From the NCBI GenBank assembly GCA_963840225.1, contig CAWIYH010000007.1, forward strand, positions 38,608 to 102,607: 64,000 nt of DNA, read 5' to 3'. The stretch's first letter is position 1. The number at the start of each line of letters is the position of its first letter. Below the pieces are notes generated by a model, which saw only the letters and a list, made by a program, of their open reading frames with translations, searched no databases and was not told where the DNA came from. This DNA is from an uncultured Acidobacteriota bacterium. Lineage in GTDB: Bacteria > Acidobacteriota > Vicinamibacteria > Vicinamibacterales > CAVVIG01. The translations under genes were made by a program, and so were the position numbers. Shown here piece after piece: positions 27,459-36,959 of the stretch.

Positions 27459-28352
27459 ATGCGAAAAGCGCTCTCCCTCGCGTGCGCCTGTCTCGCCGCA
27501 TCGCTCGCGCCGTCGCCCGCCCTGGCCTGGGGCGCCGCGGCGCACCGCTTCATCATGCAGCGGGCGATCGACCTGCTGCCGTCCGAGCTGAAGCCGTTCT
27601 TCGACCGCCACCGCGACGAGATCGTGCTGCGGGTCAACGATCCGGATGTCTGGCGCAACGTGCCCTGGGACGACGACGCGAATCACTTCGTGGACTTCGG
27701 CGCGCCCGAACTCGGGCCGTATCCGTTCGCCGCCCTTCCGCGCGAGTACGGCGCGGCCCTCGAGAAGTTCGGGGCGGCGGCCCTGAGGCGCCTGGGCACG
27801 TTGCCATGGCGCGAGCAGGAGGAGTCCGGCAACCTCCGTCGGGCGTTCGAGGGCTTCTCGAAGGCCGCGCCGTACGCCGAGTCCGACGCCGTCGTCTTCA
27901 GTGCCGTCGCGGCGCATTACATCGAGGACGCGTATCAGCCGTTCCACGCGTCGAACAACTACGACGGACAGCTGACCGGCCAGGCCGGCATCCACGCGCG
28001 GTTCGAGACCGCGCTCTTCGAGCGCTTTCAATCGCGCCTGACGATCGCGCCGCCGCCCCCCAAGCCGATCGTCGACCCCCGTGACGCCGCCTTCGATGCC
28101 CTGCTCGAGAGCTATCAGCTCGTGCCGAAGGTCCTCGAGGCCGACCGCGCGGCCGTGGCCGGCAAGTCGGTGTACGACGACGACTACTTCGACCGGTTCT
28201 TCGAAGGGGTGAAACCGATTCTCGAGCAGCGGCTGTCACAGGCCGTTTCGGCCACCGCCGGGGTGATCGAAGGCGCGTGGGAGCGCGCGGGGAAGCCGGC
28301 GTTGCGGATGGACGTGCGGCGTCGGCCCCAGAAGGTGCGCCCGCCGAAATAG
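27459..28352 (+). CDS. Secreted zinc-dependent phospholipase C / S1-P1 nuclease family protein
   Basis: Signal ending ALA then WGAAAH; NHFVD, HYIEDAYQPFH, GIHARFE. Confidence 0.8.
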   Translation: MRKALSLACACLAASLAPSPALAWGAAAHRFIMQRAIDLLPSELKPFFDRHRDEIVLRVNDPDVWRNVPWDDDANHFVDFGAPELGPYPFAALPREYGAALEKFGAAALRRLGTLPWREQEESGNLRRAFEGFSKAAPYAESDAVVFSAVAAHYIEDAYQPFHASNNYDGQLTGQAGIHARFETALFERFQSRLTIAPPPPKPIVDPRDAAFDALLESYQLVPKVLEADRAAVAGKSVYDDDYFDRFFEGVKPILEQRLSQAVSATAGVIEGAWERAGKPALRMDVRRRPQKVRPPK

Positions 28353-28360
28353 CCGGACGT

Positions 28361-28795
28361 TCAGCGCGGCCGGTCGGTGTTCGATCGACGTTCGAAGTGC
28401 GTTTCGAGGGGAACGAGCAGGGTGAGGACGATCAGCGTGATCGCGGTGGCCTCGCTGGCGATGGCGTACAGGCCGGCTCCGGCCGCCATCCCCACCGCCG
28501 CGTTCACCCAGATCGTCGCGGCGGTCGTCATGCCGAGAATGCTCCGCCCGCTCTGGATGATCGCCCCGGCGCCGAGAAACCCGACGCCGGTGACGATCTG
28601 CGCAGCGATGCGATCGGAGGCTCCGCCGGTCCGCCCGATCTCGGTCGACAGGATCGTGAAGAGCGCGGCGCCGACCGCGATCAGGATGTTCGTGCGCAGA
28701 CCGGCCGGCTTGCTGTGCAGCTCGCGCTCGAGCCCGATGGCGGCGCCAAGGCCGGCGGCGAGCAGCAGACGGAGCGTCACGTCGAGGGCTGGCAT
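28361..28795 (-). CDS. MgtC/SapB family membrane protein
   Basis: IGLERE..KPAGLRT, RIAAQIVTGVGFLGAG, GMTTAATIW. Confidence 0.9.
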   Translation of the reverse strand: MPALDVTLRLLLAAGLGAAIGLERELHSKPAGLRTNILIAVGAALFTILSTEIGRTGGASDRIAAQIVTGVGFLGAGAIIQSGRSILGMTTAATIWVNAAVGMAAGAGLYAIASEATAITLIVLTLLVPLETHFERRSNTDRPR

Positions 28796-28827
28796 GTGGC
28801 TTGCGACCACTATATAGAATCTTGGCG

Positions 28828-29490
28828 ATGACCGCGTATCTGGTCCCCGTCGGCGGCGGACGGTTCGAGCTCTACTCAGAGCCGCCCGAAGAGCCCGATC
28901 CGGGTCCCGGCGCGGGATGGGTCCGGCGCAAGATGCGCGCCTTCCGCGACGGGTGGCACGAAATGGTGCACGCCGCGCGGCGCGACGACCCGCGCGGACG
29001 CCTGGCGCGGTGGCGCGCGGACATCATCTGCCGGCTCGCCGAGACTATCGCCGAGCAGCGGACGCTCTGGGCGCTCCGCGACCGGACGGTGGCCACCATT
29101 GTCTATCCGGCCGACGTGGATCAGGCGGCCGCCCGCGCCGCCCTCGACCGGCTCTTCGGCCGCGCCCGGCGCTCGTACCGCTTCTGGCTCGTCATCGACT
29201 CGATCGCGTTCGCCCTCTCCGGGCTGCTGATGCTGCTGCCTGGTCCGAACCTGGTCGCGTACTATTTCGCGTTTCGGCTGATCAGCCACTACTTCTCCTG
29301 GCGCGGCGCCACGCAGGCGCAGGACCGGATTCGATGGGCCGCCGAGCCGGACACGCGACTGGCCGAGCTCGGGACGCTGGCCGGCCTGCCGCGCGAGGCT
29401 CGTGCGCCGCACGTCGAGGCCATCGCCCGCAGCCTCGATCTGCCCGAGCTTTCGGCGTTTTTCGACCGCGCGGCCGCGCCGGCCGCCTGA
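28828..29490 (+). CDS. Hypothetical membrane-associated protein resembling the Mit_KHE1 (mitochondrial K+/H+ exchange-related) family
   Basis: TAGAAT, 7 nt, ATG; motif LLPGPNLVAYYFAFRLISH..SWRGA. Confidence 0.6.
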   Translation: MTAYLVPVGGGRFELYSEPPEEPDPGPGAGWVRRKMRAFRDGWHEMVHAARRDDPRGRLARWRADIICRLAETIAEQRTLWALRDRTVATIVYPADVDQAAARAALDRLFGRARRSYRFWLVIDSIAFALSGLLMLLPGPNLVAYYFAFRLISHYFSWRGATQAQDRIRWAAEPDTRLAELGTLAGLPREARAPHVEAIARSLDLPELSAFFDRAAAPAA

Positions 29491-29550
29491 AACCGGCATG
29501 CTATACTCGACACTCCTGCAAAGGAACCCAGCGCCGTCGGCCAGTACACC

Positions 29551-30597
29551 TTGAAGCTGCACGAGATCGCCGAACAGTTGGGCTGCCGTCTCGAAGGCGA
29601 CGGAAGCGTCGAGATCCTGCGCGTCGCCGGCATCGAGCAGGCCGGCCCGGGCGATCTGACCTTTGTCGCCAACTCGAAATACGCGCCCCTCGCCGCCGCT
29701 ACGCGCGCGTCAGCCGTCATCCTGGCAAATCCGCTGTCGGCGCCATGCGCCGTGCTCCGGACCGAGGAGCCCTACCTGGCCTTCGCCCGCGCCGTCGGCC
29801 TGTTCGCTCAGCCGGCGCATCCGGCGAAGGGCATCGATGCCCTGACCGCGATTGCCGGCGACGCCGTGCTCGGCGCCGACGTGTCGATCGGCCCGTTCGT
29901 CACCATCGGCGCGGGCGCGGCCATCGGCGCGCGGTCGATTCTGTACCCGAACGTCGTCGTCGGCGCGGACGCGCGGGTCGGCGAGGACTGCATCCTCTAT
30001 TCGCACGTGTCGATCCGCGAGCGTGTCGCGATCGGCCACCGCGTCATCATCCACGACGGCGCGGTCGTCGGCAGCGACGGGTTCGGGTTCGCCAAGCGGG
30101 CCGACGCCACGCACCTGAAGATTCCCCAGCACGGCGACGTCGTCATCGAGGACGACGTGGAGCTCGGCGCCAACACCACGATCGACCGGCCCGCCGTCGG
30201 AGAGACCCGCGTGCAGGCGGGCACGAAGGTGGACAACCTCGTGCAGATTGCGCACGGCGTCCGTGTGGGCCGCCGGACGCTCCTTGCGGCGCAGGTCGGC
30301 GTCGCCGGCAGCACCGTCATCGGGGACGACGTCGTCTTCGCCGGGCAGGTGGGCGTGGCCGGGCATCTCCGGGTCGGCGACGGGACGATGGCCACGGCGC
30401 AGACCGGAATTCCCGGCTCGGTGCCGAAGGGGGCGTTCGTGTCGGGGACGCCGGCGATTCCACACGGCGAGTGGCTCAAGGCGTCGGCGGTCCTCCGTCA
30501 CCTGCCGGCGCTCAGGAGGCGCGTCATCGATCTGGAACAGCGCATCGTGGACCTGGAGGAGAAGCTCGCGACATGCCGGATACCATCGGATCGTTGA
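29551..30597 (+). CDS. lpxD: UDP-3-O-acylglucosamine N-acyltransferase
   Basis: LTFVANSKY, hexapeptide repeats, GSDGFGF, KIPQ.G, GANTTIDR, KVDNLVQIAH; upstream TG-c-TATACT. Confidence 0.97.
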   Translation: MKLHEIAEQLGCRLEGDGSVEILRVAGIEQAGPGDLTFVANSKYAPLAAATRASAVILANPLSAPCAVLRTEEPYLAFARAVGLFAQPAHPAKGIDALTAIAGDAVLGADVSIGPFVTIGAGAAIGARSILYPNVVVGADARVGEDCILYSHVSIRERVAIGHRVIIHDGAVVGSDGFGFAKRADATHLKIPQHGDVVIEDDVELGANTTIDRPAVGETRVQAGTKVDNLVQIAHGVRVGRRTLLAAQVGVAGSTVIGDDVVFAGQVGVAGHLRVGDGTMATAQTGIPGSVPKGAFVSGTPAIPHGEWLKASAVLRHLPALRRRVIDLEQRIVDLEEKLATCRIPSDR

Positions 30598-31382
30598 GCA
30601 GGCACGCGGCAGCGGCCGCGTGCCTGCTCCTGATTGGCGCGGCGCTGGCGGCGGGGCAGGACGCCCCGGAGCCGGCGCCGGCTCCGGATGCTCCCACGTT
30701 CATGTCGCGGTACGATCTGAGCCTGGCGGCGGCGGCCCTGTCGATCGACGATCAACGGTTTTCGTGGGACACGCACTTCGGCGGGAACATCGACGTCGTG
30801 GACTACGTCGGCGGGCGCGTGAACCTGCTGGCCGAGTACGAAGCGGTGCTCGGCAGCGAATACCGGCCGTTCGACCCGAACCAGGGCAACTACACCCTGG
30901 AAGCCTCGGGCTCCGGCCGCATCGGAACGCTCGAGGTCGCCGGGATGTTCCATCACCTTTCGCGCCACCTGAGCGATCGGTCCAAGCGCTTCGCGATTGC
31001 CTACAACGCCCTCGGTGGCCGGGTGCTCGACGAGGCGAGGGTGCAGGGGACGATCATCTCCGGGCGGGCGACCATTGCGAAGGTCATCCAGCACTCGTAT
31101 CTGGACTACGCCTGGACGGCAGACCTCGACCTCAAGGTCCGACGTCCTCTCAACAAGGTGGCGTCGGTGTACGGACGGGGAACGGGCGAGCTCTACGGCA
31201 TCGACGATGCGGTCTCGAACCGGGGTCGACAGAAGGGCGGCCGTATCGAAGCCGGCCTGCGGCTCGATGGGAGGGCCGGGGCGATTGAGCTGTTCGCCGG
31301 CTACGAGCAGCGCGTCGACGCGTACCAGATCGATCTCGTGCCCCTCCGGTGGGGATACGCCGGTTTCCGGTTCGTCAAGTGA
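30573..31382 (+). CDS. Hypothetical secreted / outer-membrane beta-barrel protein
   Basis: Signal-like hydrophobic N-terminus, alternating beta-strand pattern, C-terminus WGYAGFRFVK; start 30573 or 30594. Confidence 0.65.
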   Translation: MPDTIGSLSRHAAAAACLLLIGAALAAGQDAPEPAPAPDAPTFMSRYDLSLAAAALSIDDQRFSWDTHFGGNIDVVDYVGGRVNLLAEYEAVLGSEYRPFDPNQGNYTLEASGSGRIGTLEVAGMFHHLSRHLSDRSKRFAIAYNALGGRVLDEARVQGTIISGRATIAKVIQHSYLDYAWTADLDLKVRRPLNKVASVYGRGTGELYGIDDAVSNRGRQKGGRIEAGLRLDGRAGAIELFAGYEQRVDAYQIDLVPLRWGYAGFRFVK

Positions 31383-31482
31383 GGCGGGTCTTCCGGGGCC
31401 CGCCGCAGGCAGGACGGGTTCCGGCCGGAACCGCGCAGCGGGCGCAGGGTCTCCGGGGCCCGTCGTGGGAAGGCAGGGGCAG

Positions 31483-32844
31483 GTGAAGTCAAGGCGCTCG
31501 GTTCGGGTGTTCGGCGCCGCGGTACTCGTGGCGGTCGTGGGCGCGACGGCGGCGGCGGCCGTCCGGCCGCCGAAGCTGGATTACCGCATCACGACTTTAC
31601 CCAATGGCCTCACGGTCGTGCTCGAGGAGGACCATTCGACGCCGGTCGTGCACCTCGAGCTCTGGTATCACGTCGGATCCAGGGACGAGAGGCCCGGACG
31701 GACCGGGTTCGCCCATCTCTTCGAGCACCTCATGTTCAAGGGCTCGAAGAACGTCGAGCCGGAGGCGCACACCTCGTTCATCTCGTCGGTCGGCGGCCAG
31801 AGCAACGCCTACACGACCGAGGACACGACCGTGTTCTGGGAAACGGTCCCGCAGCAGTACCTGCCGATGATCCTCTGGCTCGAAGCCGATCGGATGGCGA
31901 CGCTGCGGATCGACAAGGGCACGTTCCAGACCGAGCGCGAGGTGGTGAAAGAGGAGCGCCGGATGCGCATCGACAACCAGCCCTACGGCCGGTTGAACGA
32001 GATCATCTACGACCAGGCGTTCTCGGTCCACCCCTACAAGCACCCGACGATCGGCAGCATGAAGGACCTCGAGGCCGCGTCGATCGACGACGTCCGCGAC
32101 TTCTACCACACGTACTACGTGCCGTCGAACGCGACGCTGGTGCTCGTCGGCGATTTTGATTCGACCGGGGCGCTGGACCTCGTGAGCAAGTACCTGGGCC
32201 GGGTGCCCAAGGCCGACAGGCCGGTGCCGCGCGACATCCCCAGGGAGCCGCCGCAGACACGGGAGAAGCGGGTCACGCTCGAAGAGCCGTGGCCACTGCC
32301 GGCCGTGGTGGTCGCGTACCACATCACGTACGACGGGAACCCCGACTCGTATCCGCTCCACATCACGGCGAAGATCCTCTCCGACGGCGAGAGCTCGCGC
32401 ATCTACCGCAAGCTGGTCTACGACAAGCAGCTCGCCGTCGCGGCGTTCGGCCAGGCCAATCTCATCGAGGATCCGAACCTCTTCTACGCGGTCGCGATCG
32501 TCGCGCCGGGTCATCGTCCCGACGAGGTCGCCGCCGCGCTCATCGAGGAGATCGAGGCGCTGAAGACCGAGCCGGTCACCGATCACGAGCTGCAGCGGGC
32601 GAAGAACCAGTTCGCGCGGGACTACATCCTGGGGCGCGAATCGGACAAGGACAAGGCGACGCAGCTCGCGCACGCGGTGGTCATCCACAGCGACATCAAG
32701 ACGGCCGACGGCGAGTTCGACATCTTCCAGAACGTGAGCAAGGCCGACGTCCAGCGGGTGGCGCAGAGCTACTTCACCCAGAACAACCGGACGGTCCTGA
32801 CGCTCATGCCGTCCGGCAGGACGGCGGCCGGAGGTGGGCGATGA
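31483..32844 (+). CDS. M16B (pitrilysin-family) zinc peptidase, catalytic subunit, secreted
   Basis: TLPNGL, VGSRDE..GRTGFAHLFEHLMF (HxxEH), NAYT, EREVVKEERR. Confidence 0.92.
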   Translation: MKSRRSVRVFGAAVLVAVVGATAAAAVRPPKLDYRITTLPNGLTVVLEEDHSTPVVHLELWYHVGSRDERPGRTGFAHLFEHLMFKGSKNVEPEAHTSFISSVGGQSNAYTTEDTTVFWETVPQQYLPMILWLEADRMATLRIDKGTFQTEREVVKEERRMRIDNQPYGRLNEIIYDQAFSVHPYKHPTIGSMKDLEAASIDDVRDFYHTYYVPSNATLVLVGDFDSTGALDLVSKYLGRVPKADRPVPRDIPREPPQTREKRVTLEEPWPLPAVVVAYHITYDGNPDSYPLHITAKILSDGESSRIYRKLVYDKQLAVAAFGQANLIEDPNLFYAVAIVAPGHRPDEVAAALIEEIEALKTEPVTDHELQRAKNQFARDYILGRESDKDKATQLAHAVVIHSDIKTADGEFDIFQNVSKADVQRVAQSYFTQNNRTVLTLMPSGRTAAGGGR

Positions 32845-35096
32845 GGCGACTCGCGCTCGTGCTCGCGTGCTCGCTGTCGGCCTCGGGCGTCTCGGCGCAG
32901 ACCACGTGGCCCTCGGAAGGTCCGCCCCGGCCCCTGACGGCGCACGACGCCAAGTTTCCGCCGTACGAAATCCGCAAGCTGCCCAACGGCCTGCAGGTCA
33001 TCGTCGTGATGCAGCACGAGCAGCCGGCGGTCAGCATGCGGCTGCTGATTCGCGCGGGAAGCGCCGCCGACCCGAAGGACAAGCTTGGGCTGGCGCACCT
33101 GCACGCCTCGCTCCTCGACCAGGGGACCGAGACGAAGTCGGCGCAGGAGATCGCCGACACGATCGACTTCATCGGCGGCGCGGAGGGAACGGGCGCCGGC
33201 ACCGACCTGAGCTACCTGAACATGGTCGTGATGAAGGACAGCTTCGATCTCGGGATGCGGCTCCTGTCCGACATCGCGCGGCACCCGGCGTTCGCGCTGC
33301 CCGAGATCGACCGCCAGCGCGCGCAGATGCTGTCGGGGATGCAGGTGAGCGACCAGGACCCGAGCTGGGTCGCCAATGCCGTCTTCGACCGGCTGGTCTA
33401 TGGCTTCCATCCCTACGGGCTGCCCGACACCGGCACGCGCGAGACGATCGCGGCGATCTCGCGCGACGACCTGATGGCGTTCCACGACAGGTACTTCGCG
33501 CCGAACAACGCGATCCTGGCGGTCGTGGGCGACGTGACGGCGCAGGAGGCATTTGACGAGACCACGGCCGTGTTCGGCGACTGGCGGTCGCGGCCGGTCC
33601 CGGTCCAGACCTATATCGCGCCGCCCGACCCGACCCGCCGCGTGATCGTCGTCGACAAGCCGGACGCCGTGCAGACCGAGGTGCGGGTCGGTCACCTCGG
33701 CGTGCCGCGCAACAGCCCAGACTACATGGCGCTCAATCTGGCCATCCGCATCCTGGGCGGCGAAGGCGCCAATCGGCTGCACCAGGTACTGCGGACCGAG
33801 CGCGGCCTGACCTACGGCGCCGAAGCCGACATGGACACGCTCAAGGAGAGCGGCGATTTCGAGGCCGAGACCAACACGCGGTCGAACGCCACGGCCGAGG
33901 TCCTGCGGCTGATCGTGAACGAATTCTGGCGGCTGCAGCGCGAGCGGGTCAGCAACCGCGAGCTCGAGGACGCCAAGGCGTACATGACCGGCAGCTTCCC
34001 GCTCACGATCGAGACGCCGGACGACATCGCCCTGCAGGTGCTCAACGTGGTCTTCTACGATCTTCCCGTTGAGCAGCTCCAGACGTTCCGAGAGCGGGTC
34101 AACGCGGTGACGCCCGACGACATCCAGCGAGTGGCTCGAGTCTATCTCAAGCCTGATCGTCTGTCGGTCGTCCTCGTCGGCAATGCCGCGGCGTTCCAGA
34201 CGGACCTGAAGGGCGCCGGCTTCGGCCAGTTCGAGACGGTGGAACTGAAGGACCTCGACCTGACGTCGGTCGACTTCCGCATCCCGAAAGCCGCGCAGGG
34301 TGGCGGCGGCTTGCGGGCGGAACATGGCGGCTCCGGTGGCGTGCGCGAGGCGACGTCCGGCCGGTTGTCGGCAGCCTACCGGCCGGCGTCGCAGCAGTCG
34401 ACCGGCCAGATCGTGCCGCGCGAGGGCGAGGCGGCCAGGGCGCTGCTGGACAAGGCCATTGCCGCCAAGGGCGGCCTCGCCACGCTGCGCGGCATCCGGA
34501 ACATCAAGGCGACGACGACCGGAACGATGACGACGCCGACCGGCGACAGCGTGGAGGCGCAGGTGACGACGTGGCTCGCCTATCCGAACCAGGTGCGCGT
34601 GGAGACCCGCCTCGCGTCGGCCACGATCGTCCAGGGCTACGACGGCGAGCACGCGTGGGTGCGCGATCCGATGGGGATGCACGACGTGCCGCAGGAGGCG
34701 ATGGACGAGATCAGGGCGACGTTCCGGCGCGACACGATCGCCGCGCTCCTTGCCGCGCACGACGGCACGCTCAAGGCGCGGACGCTGCCGGACGTGAAGG
34801 ACCCGTCCGGCGCGCTCTTCCACGCGCTCGAGGTCTCAGGGCCGAACTTCGATCCGATGGTGATGTACATCGATCCGGCCACCGCCTTCGTCGCCCGTCA
34901 GACCTATGTCGCCGGCGGCCCCGGACGGCCCCTCGTCGAGGAGCGCTTCGGCGACTATCGGCCGGTGGACCGCGTGCAGGTGGCGTTCACCGCGTCGGTG
35001 CGCGTCGGAGGGCGTCAGATCCTGCAGCGGAAGGTCACCGACATCCAGATCAACACGTCGATGCCCGCGTCGCTGTTCACCAGACCTGCGTCTTGA
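32841..35096 (+). CDS. M16B peptidase non-catalytic subunit fused to a C-terminal LolA-like beta domain
   Basis: Signal peptide, LPNGL, GLAHLHASLL (no HxxEH), RL..VLR.ERGLTYG (R/Y pair); C-terminal ~230 aa AKGG..L..I...DYRPVD.V.V.F. Confidence 0.85.
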   Translation: MRRLALVLACSLSASGVSAQTTWPSEGPPRPLTAHDAKFPPYEIRKLPNGLQVIVVMQHEQPAVSMRLLIRAGSAADPKDKLGLAHLHASLLDQGTETKSAQEIADTIDFIGGAEGTGAGTDLSYLNMVVMKDSFDLGMRLLSDIARHPAFALPEIDRQRAQMLSGMQVSDQDPSWVANAVFDRLVYGFHPYGLPDTGTRETIAAISRDDLMAFHDRYFAPNNAILAVVGDVTAQEAFDETTAVFGDWRSRPVPVQTYIAPPDPTRRVIVVDKPDAVQTEVRVGHLGVPRNSPDYMALNLAIRILGGEGANRLHQVLRTERGLTYGAEADMDTLKESGDFEAETNTRSNATAEVLRLIVNEFWRLQRERVSNRELEDAKAYMTGSFPLTIETPDDIALQVLNVVFYDLPVEQLQTFRERVNAVTPDDIQRVARVYLKPDRLSVVLVGNAAAFQTDLKGAGFGQFETVELKDLDLTSVDFRIPKAAQGGGGLRAEHGGSGGVREATSGRLSAAYRPASQQSTGQIVPREGEAARALLDKAIAAKGGLATLRGIRNIKATTTGTMTTPTGDSVEAQVTTWLAYPNQVRVETRLASATIVQGYDGEHAWVRDPMGMHDVPQEAMDEIRATFRRDTIAALLAAHDGTLKARTLPDVKDPSGALFHALEVSGPNFDPMVMYIDPATAFVARQTYVAGGPGRPLVEERFGDYRPVDRVQVAFTASVRVGGRQILQRKVTDIQINTSMPASLFTRPAS

Positions 35097-36280
35097 GTGC
35101 GCGCCTCCTGCTCTCGTGCGGCGAGCCCTCCGGCGACCTGTACGCGGGTGCCCTGACGCGCGCGTTGCGCGAGATCGATCCGCAGGTGCAGGTCGAGGGC
35201 ATGGGCGGGCCGTCGTTCGCCGCCGCGGGCGGGCGTGTGCTGGCCGACTATCGCGGCCTTTCGGTCACCGGGCTCACCGAAGCGATCGCCAAGGTGCCGC
35301 AGTCGCTGGCCGTCGTCCGCCGGCTCACCGCCGCGGCGCGCGCCGGGCGCCCTGACGCGCTCGTCGTCATCGATTTTCCCGACTTCAACTTCCCGCTGGC
35401 GCGCCGCGTCAGGCGGCTGGGCGTGCCGGTCGTCTACTACATCGCCCCGCAGATCTGGGCGTGGCGCGCCGGTCGCCTCAAGACGATTCGCGCGGTCGCC
35501 GACCGTGTGCTCGTGATCTTCCCGTTCGAAGAGGCCATCTACCGTGAGGCGGGCGTTCCCGTGCAGTTCGTCGGGCATCCGCTGGTCGATCTGGCCGTCG
35601 CGAGCGAGTCGCGCGACCGCCTGCTGTCGGACCTCGGCCTCGATGCGGCGGCCCCGACGGTCGCGGTCCTGCCCGGCAGCCGCCCGAACGAGGTGTCCCG
35701 GATCCTCCCCGATCTCGCGTCGGCGTGCGCGCGCATCCGCCGTCGCGTGCCGGGCGCGCAGTTCGTCGTGGCGCGGGCCCCGCACCTCGACGATCGACTG
35801 TTCGGCGTCCTCTTCACCCCAGGCGCCCCGGCGTTCCGCACGGTCGAGGGCCGGACCGACGCCGTGCTGGCCGCCGCGGACGTGGCGCTGACCGCGTCGG
35901 GGACGGCCACCGTGCAGGCGGCGCTGCACGACACGCCCATGGTCATCGTCTATCGGCTGTCTCCGCTGACCTACCGCCTCGGCCGGCCGCTGGTCAGGGT
36001 CGACACGTTCGGGATGGTGAACCTGATTGCCGGCGAGAAGATCGTGCCCGAACTGATCCAGGAGGCGTTCACCCCGGACGCGGTGGCCGACGAGGCGGTC
36101 TCGATGCTGACCGATCCGGCGCGAACCGCCTCCATCCGCGCAGGCTACGCGCGCGTCCGCGCGAAGCTCGGAGGACGCGGCGGGAGCCGTCGCGCGGCGG
36201 AGGCAATTCTCGACGTCGCGCGGCGGAGACGGGACCGGGTTACGGCCGGGGCCGCGCGGCCCGTCTCGCGGCGGGCCTGA
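35093..36280 (+). CDS. lpxB: Lipid-A-disaccharide synthase
   Basis: GEPSGD, IDFPDFN, YYIAPQIWAWR, IFPFE, FVGHPL, LPGSR, ASGTAT, PELIQ; TTG overlaps the upstream stop. Confidence 0.96.
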   Translation: MSARLLLSCGEPSGDLYAGALTRALREIDPQVQVEGMGGPSFAAAGGRVLADYRGLSVTGLTEAIAKVPQSLAVVRRLTAAARAGRPDALVVIDFPDFNFPLARRVRRLGVPVVYYIAPQIWAWRAGRLKTIRAVADRVLVIFPFEEAIYREAGVPVQFVGHPLVDLAVASESRDRLLSDLGLDAAAPTVAVLPGSRPNEVSRILPDLASACARIRRRVPGAQFVVARAPHLDDRLFGVLFTPGAPAFRTVEGRTDAVLAAADVALTASGTATVQAALHDTPMVIVYRLSPLTYRLGRPLVRVDTFGMVNLIAGEKIVPELIQEAFTPDAVADEAVSMLTDPARTASIRAGYARVRAKLGGRGGSRRAAEAILDVARRRRDRVTAGAARPVSRRA

Positions 36281-36410
36281 CAGCAGGGCGGTCGAGCCGC
36301 ACCCCAGGGCGGCCGCTCGTTCCGGCAGACCGCGCGACTGCGAGCGGGCCGCGACACGTGACACGTGCACGGGGATGGGGCCCCGCGCCCAGGCAGAGGA
36401 TGATGGCCGG

Positions 36411-36959
36411 ATGCGTCGACTAGCGATTGCGAGCGCGCTGATCTTCATCGTCGCGAGCCAGGCTCGCGCCACAGTGCTCATTCCAGCCGACCTCGGCGAC
36501 CTGGCGCGCGGCGCACGAACGATCGCGTCGGGCACGGTCGTCGACGTCCAGCCGCGCTGGACGCCGGGCCGGCGGACCATCGAGACCCTGGTTACCCTCG
36601 AGGTCGAAGACTACCTAAAAGGCGCGCTCGGCGGGACGGTGCAGTTCCTCGTCCCCGGTGGCCGGATGGGTCGCTATCGGAGCATCTTCGTCGGCGCGCC
36701 CACCTTCGCGCGCGACGATCGCGTGATCGTATTTCTCGGTGCGCGGGGCCCGGGCATCCCGTACGTGCTCGGTCTCAGCCAGGGCGTGTTTCGCCTGGTG
36801 CGCGCCGCAGGCCGATCCGGATGGCTCGTGACGCCGCCGCCCGTCCTGCCGTCGACCGTTGGCGCGGTGCCCGTAGTGCGCGGCGATGCCCTCCGGCGAC
36901 CGATGCCGCTCGTCGACTTCTCCCGTCGCGTGCGCGAGCTGGCGGCGGTGCGGCCGTGA
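36411..36959 (+). CDS. Secreted hypothetical protein (beta-rich, prodomain-like)
   Basis: Signal ending ARA-TV; L..A..I..G.V, VPGG, GAP.F...VIVFL, GL.QG.F; coupled to the downstream peptidase. Confidence 0.75.
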   Translation: MRRLAIASALIFIVASQARATVLIPADLGDLARGARTIASGTVVDVQPRWTPGRRTIETLVTLEVEDYLKGALGGTVQFLVPGGRMGRYRSIFVGAPTFARDDRVIVFLGARGPGIPYVLGLSQGVFRLVRAAGRSGWLVTPPPVLPSTVGAVPVVRGDALRRPMPLVDFSRRVRELAAVRP

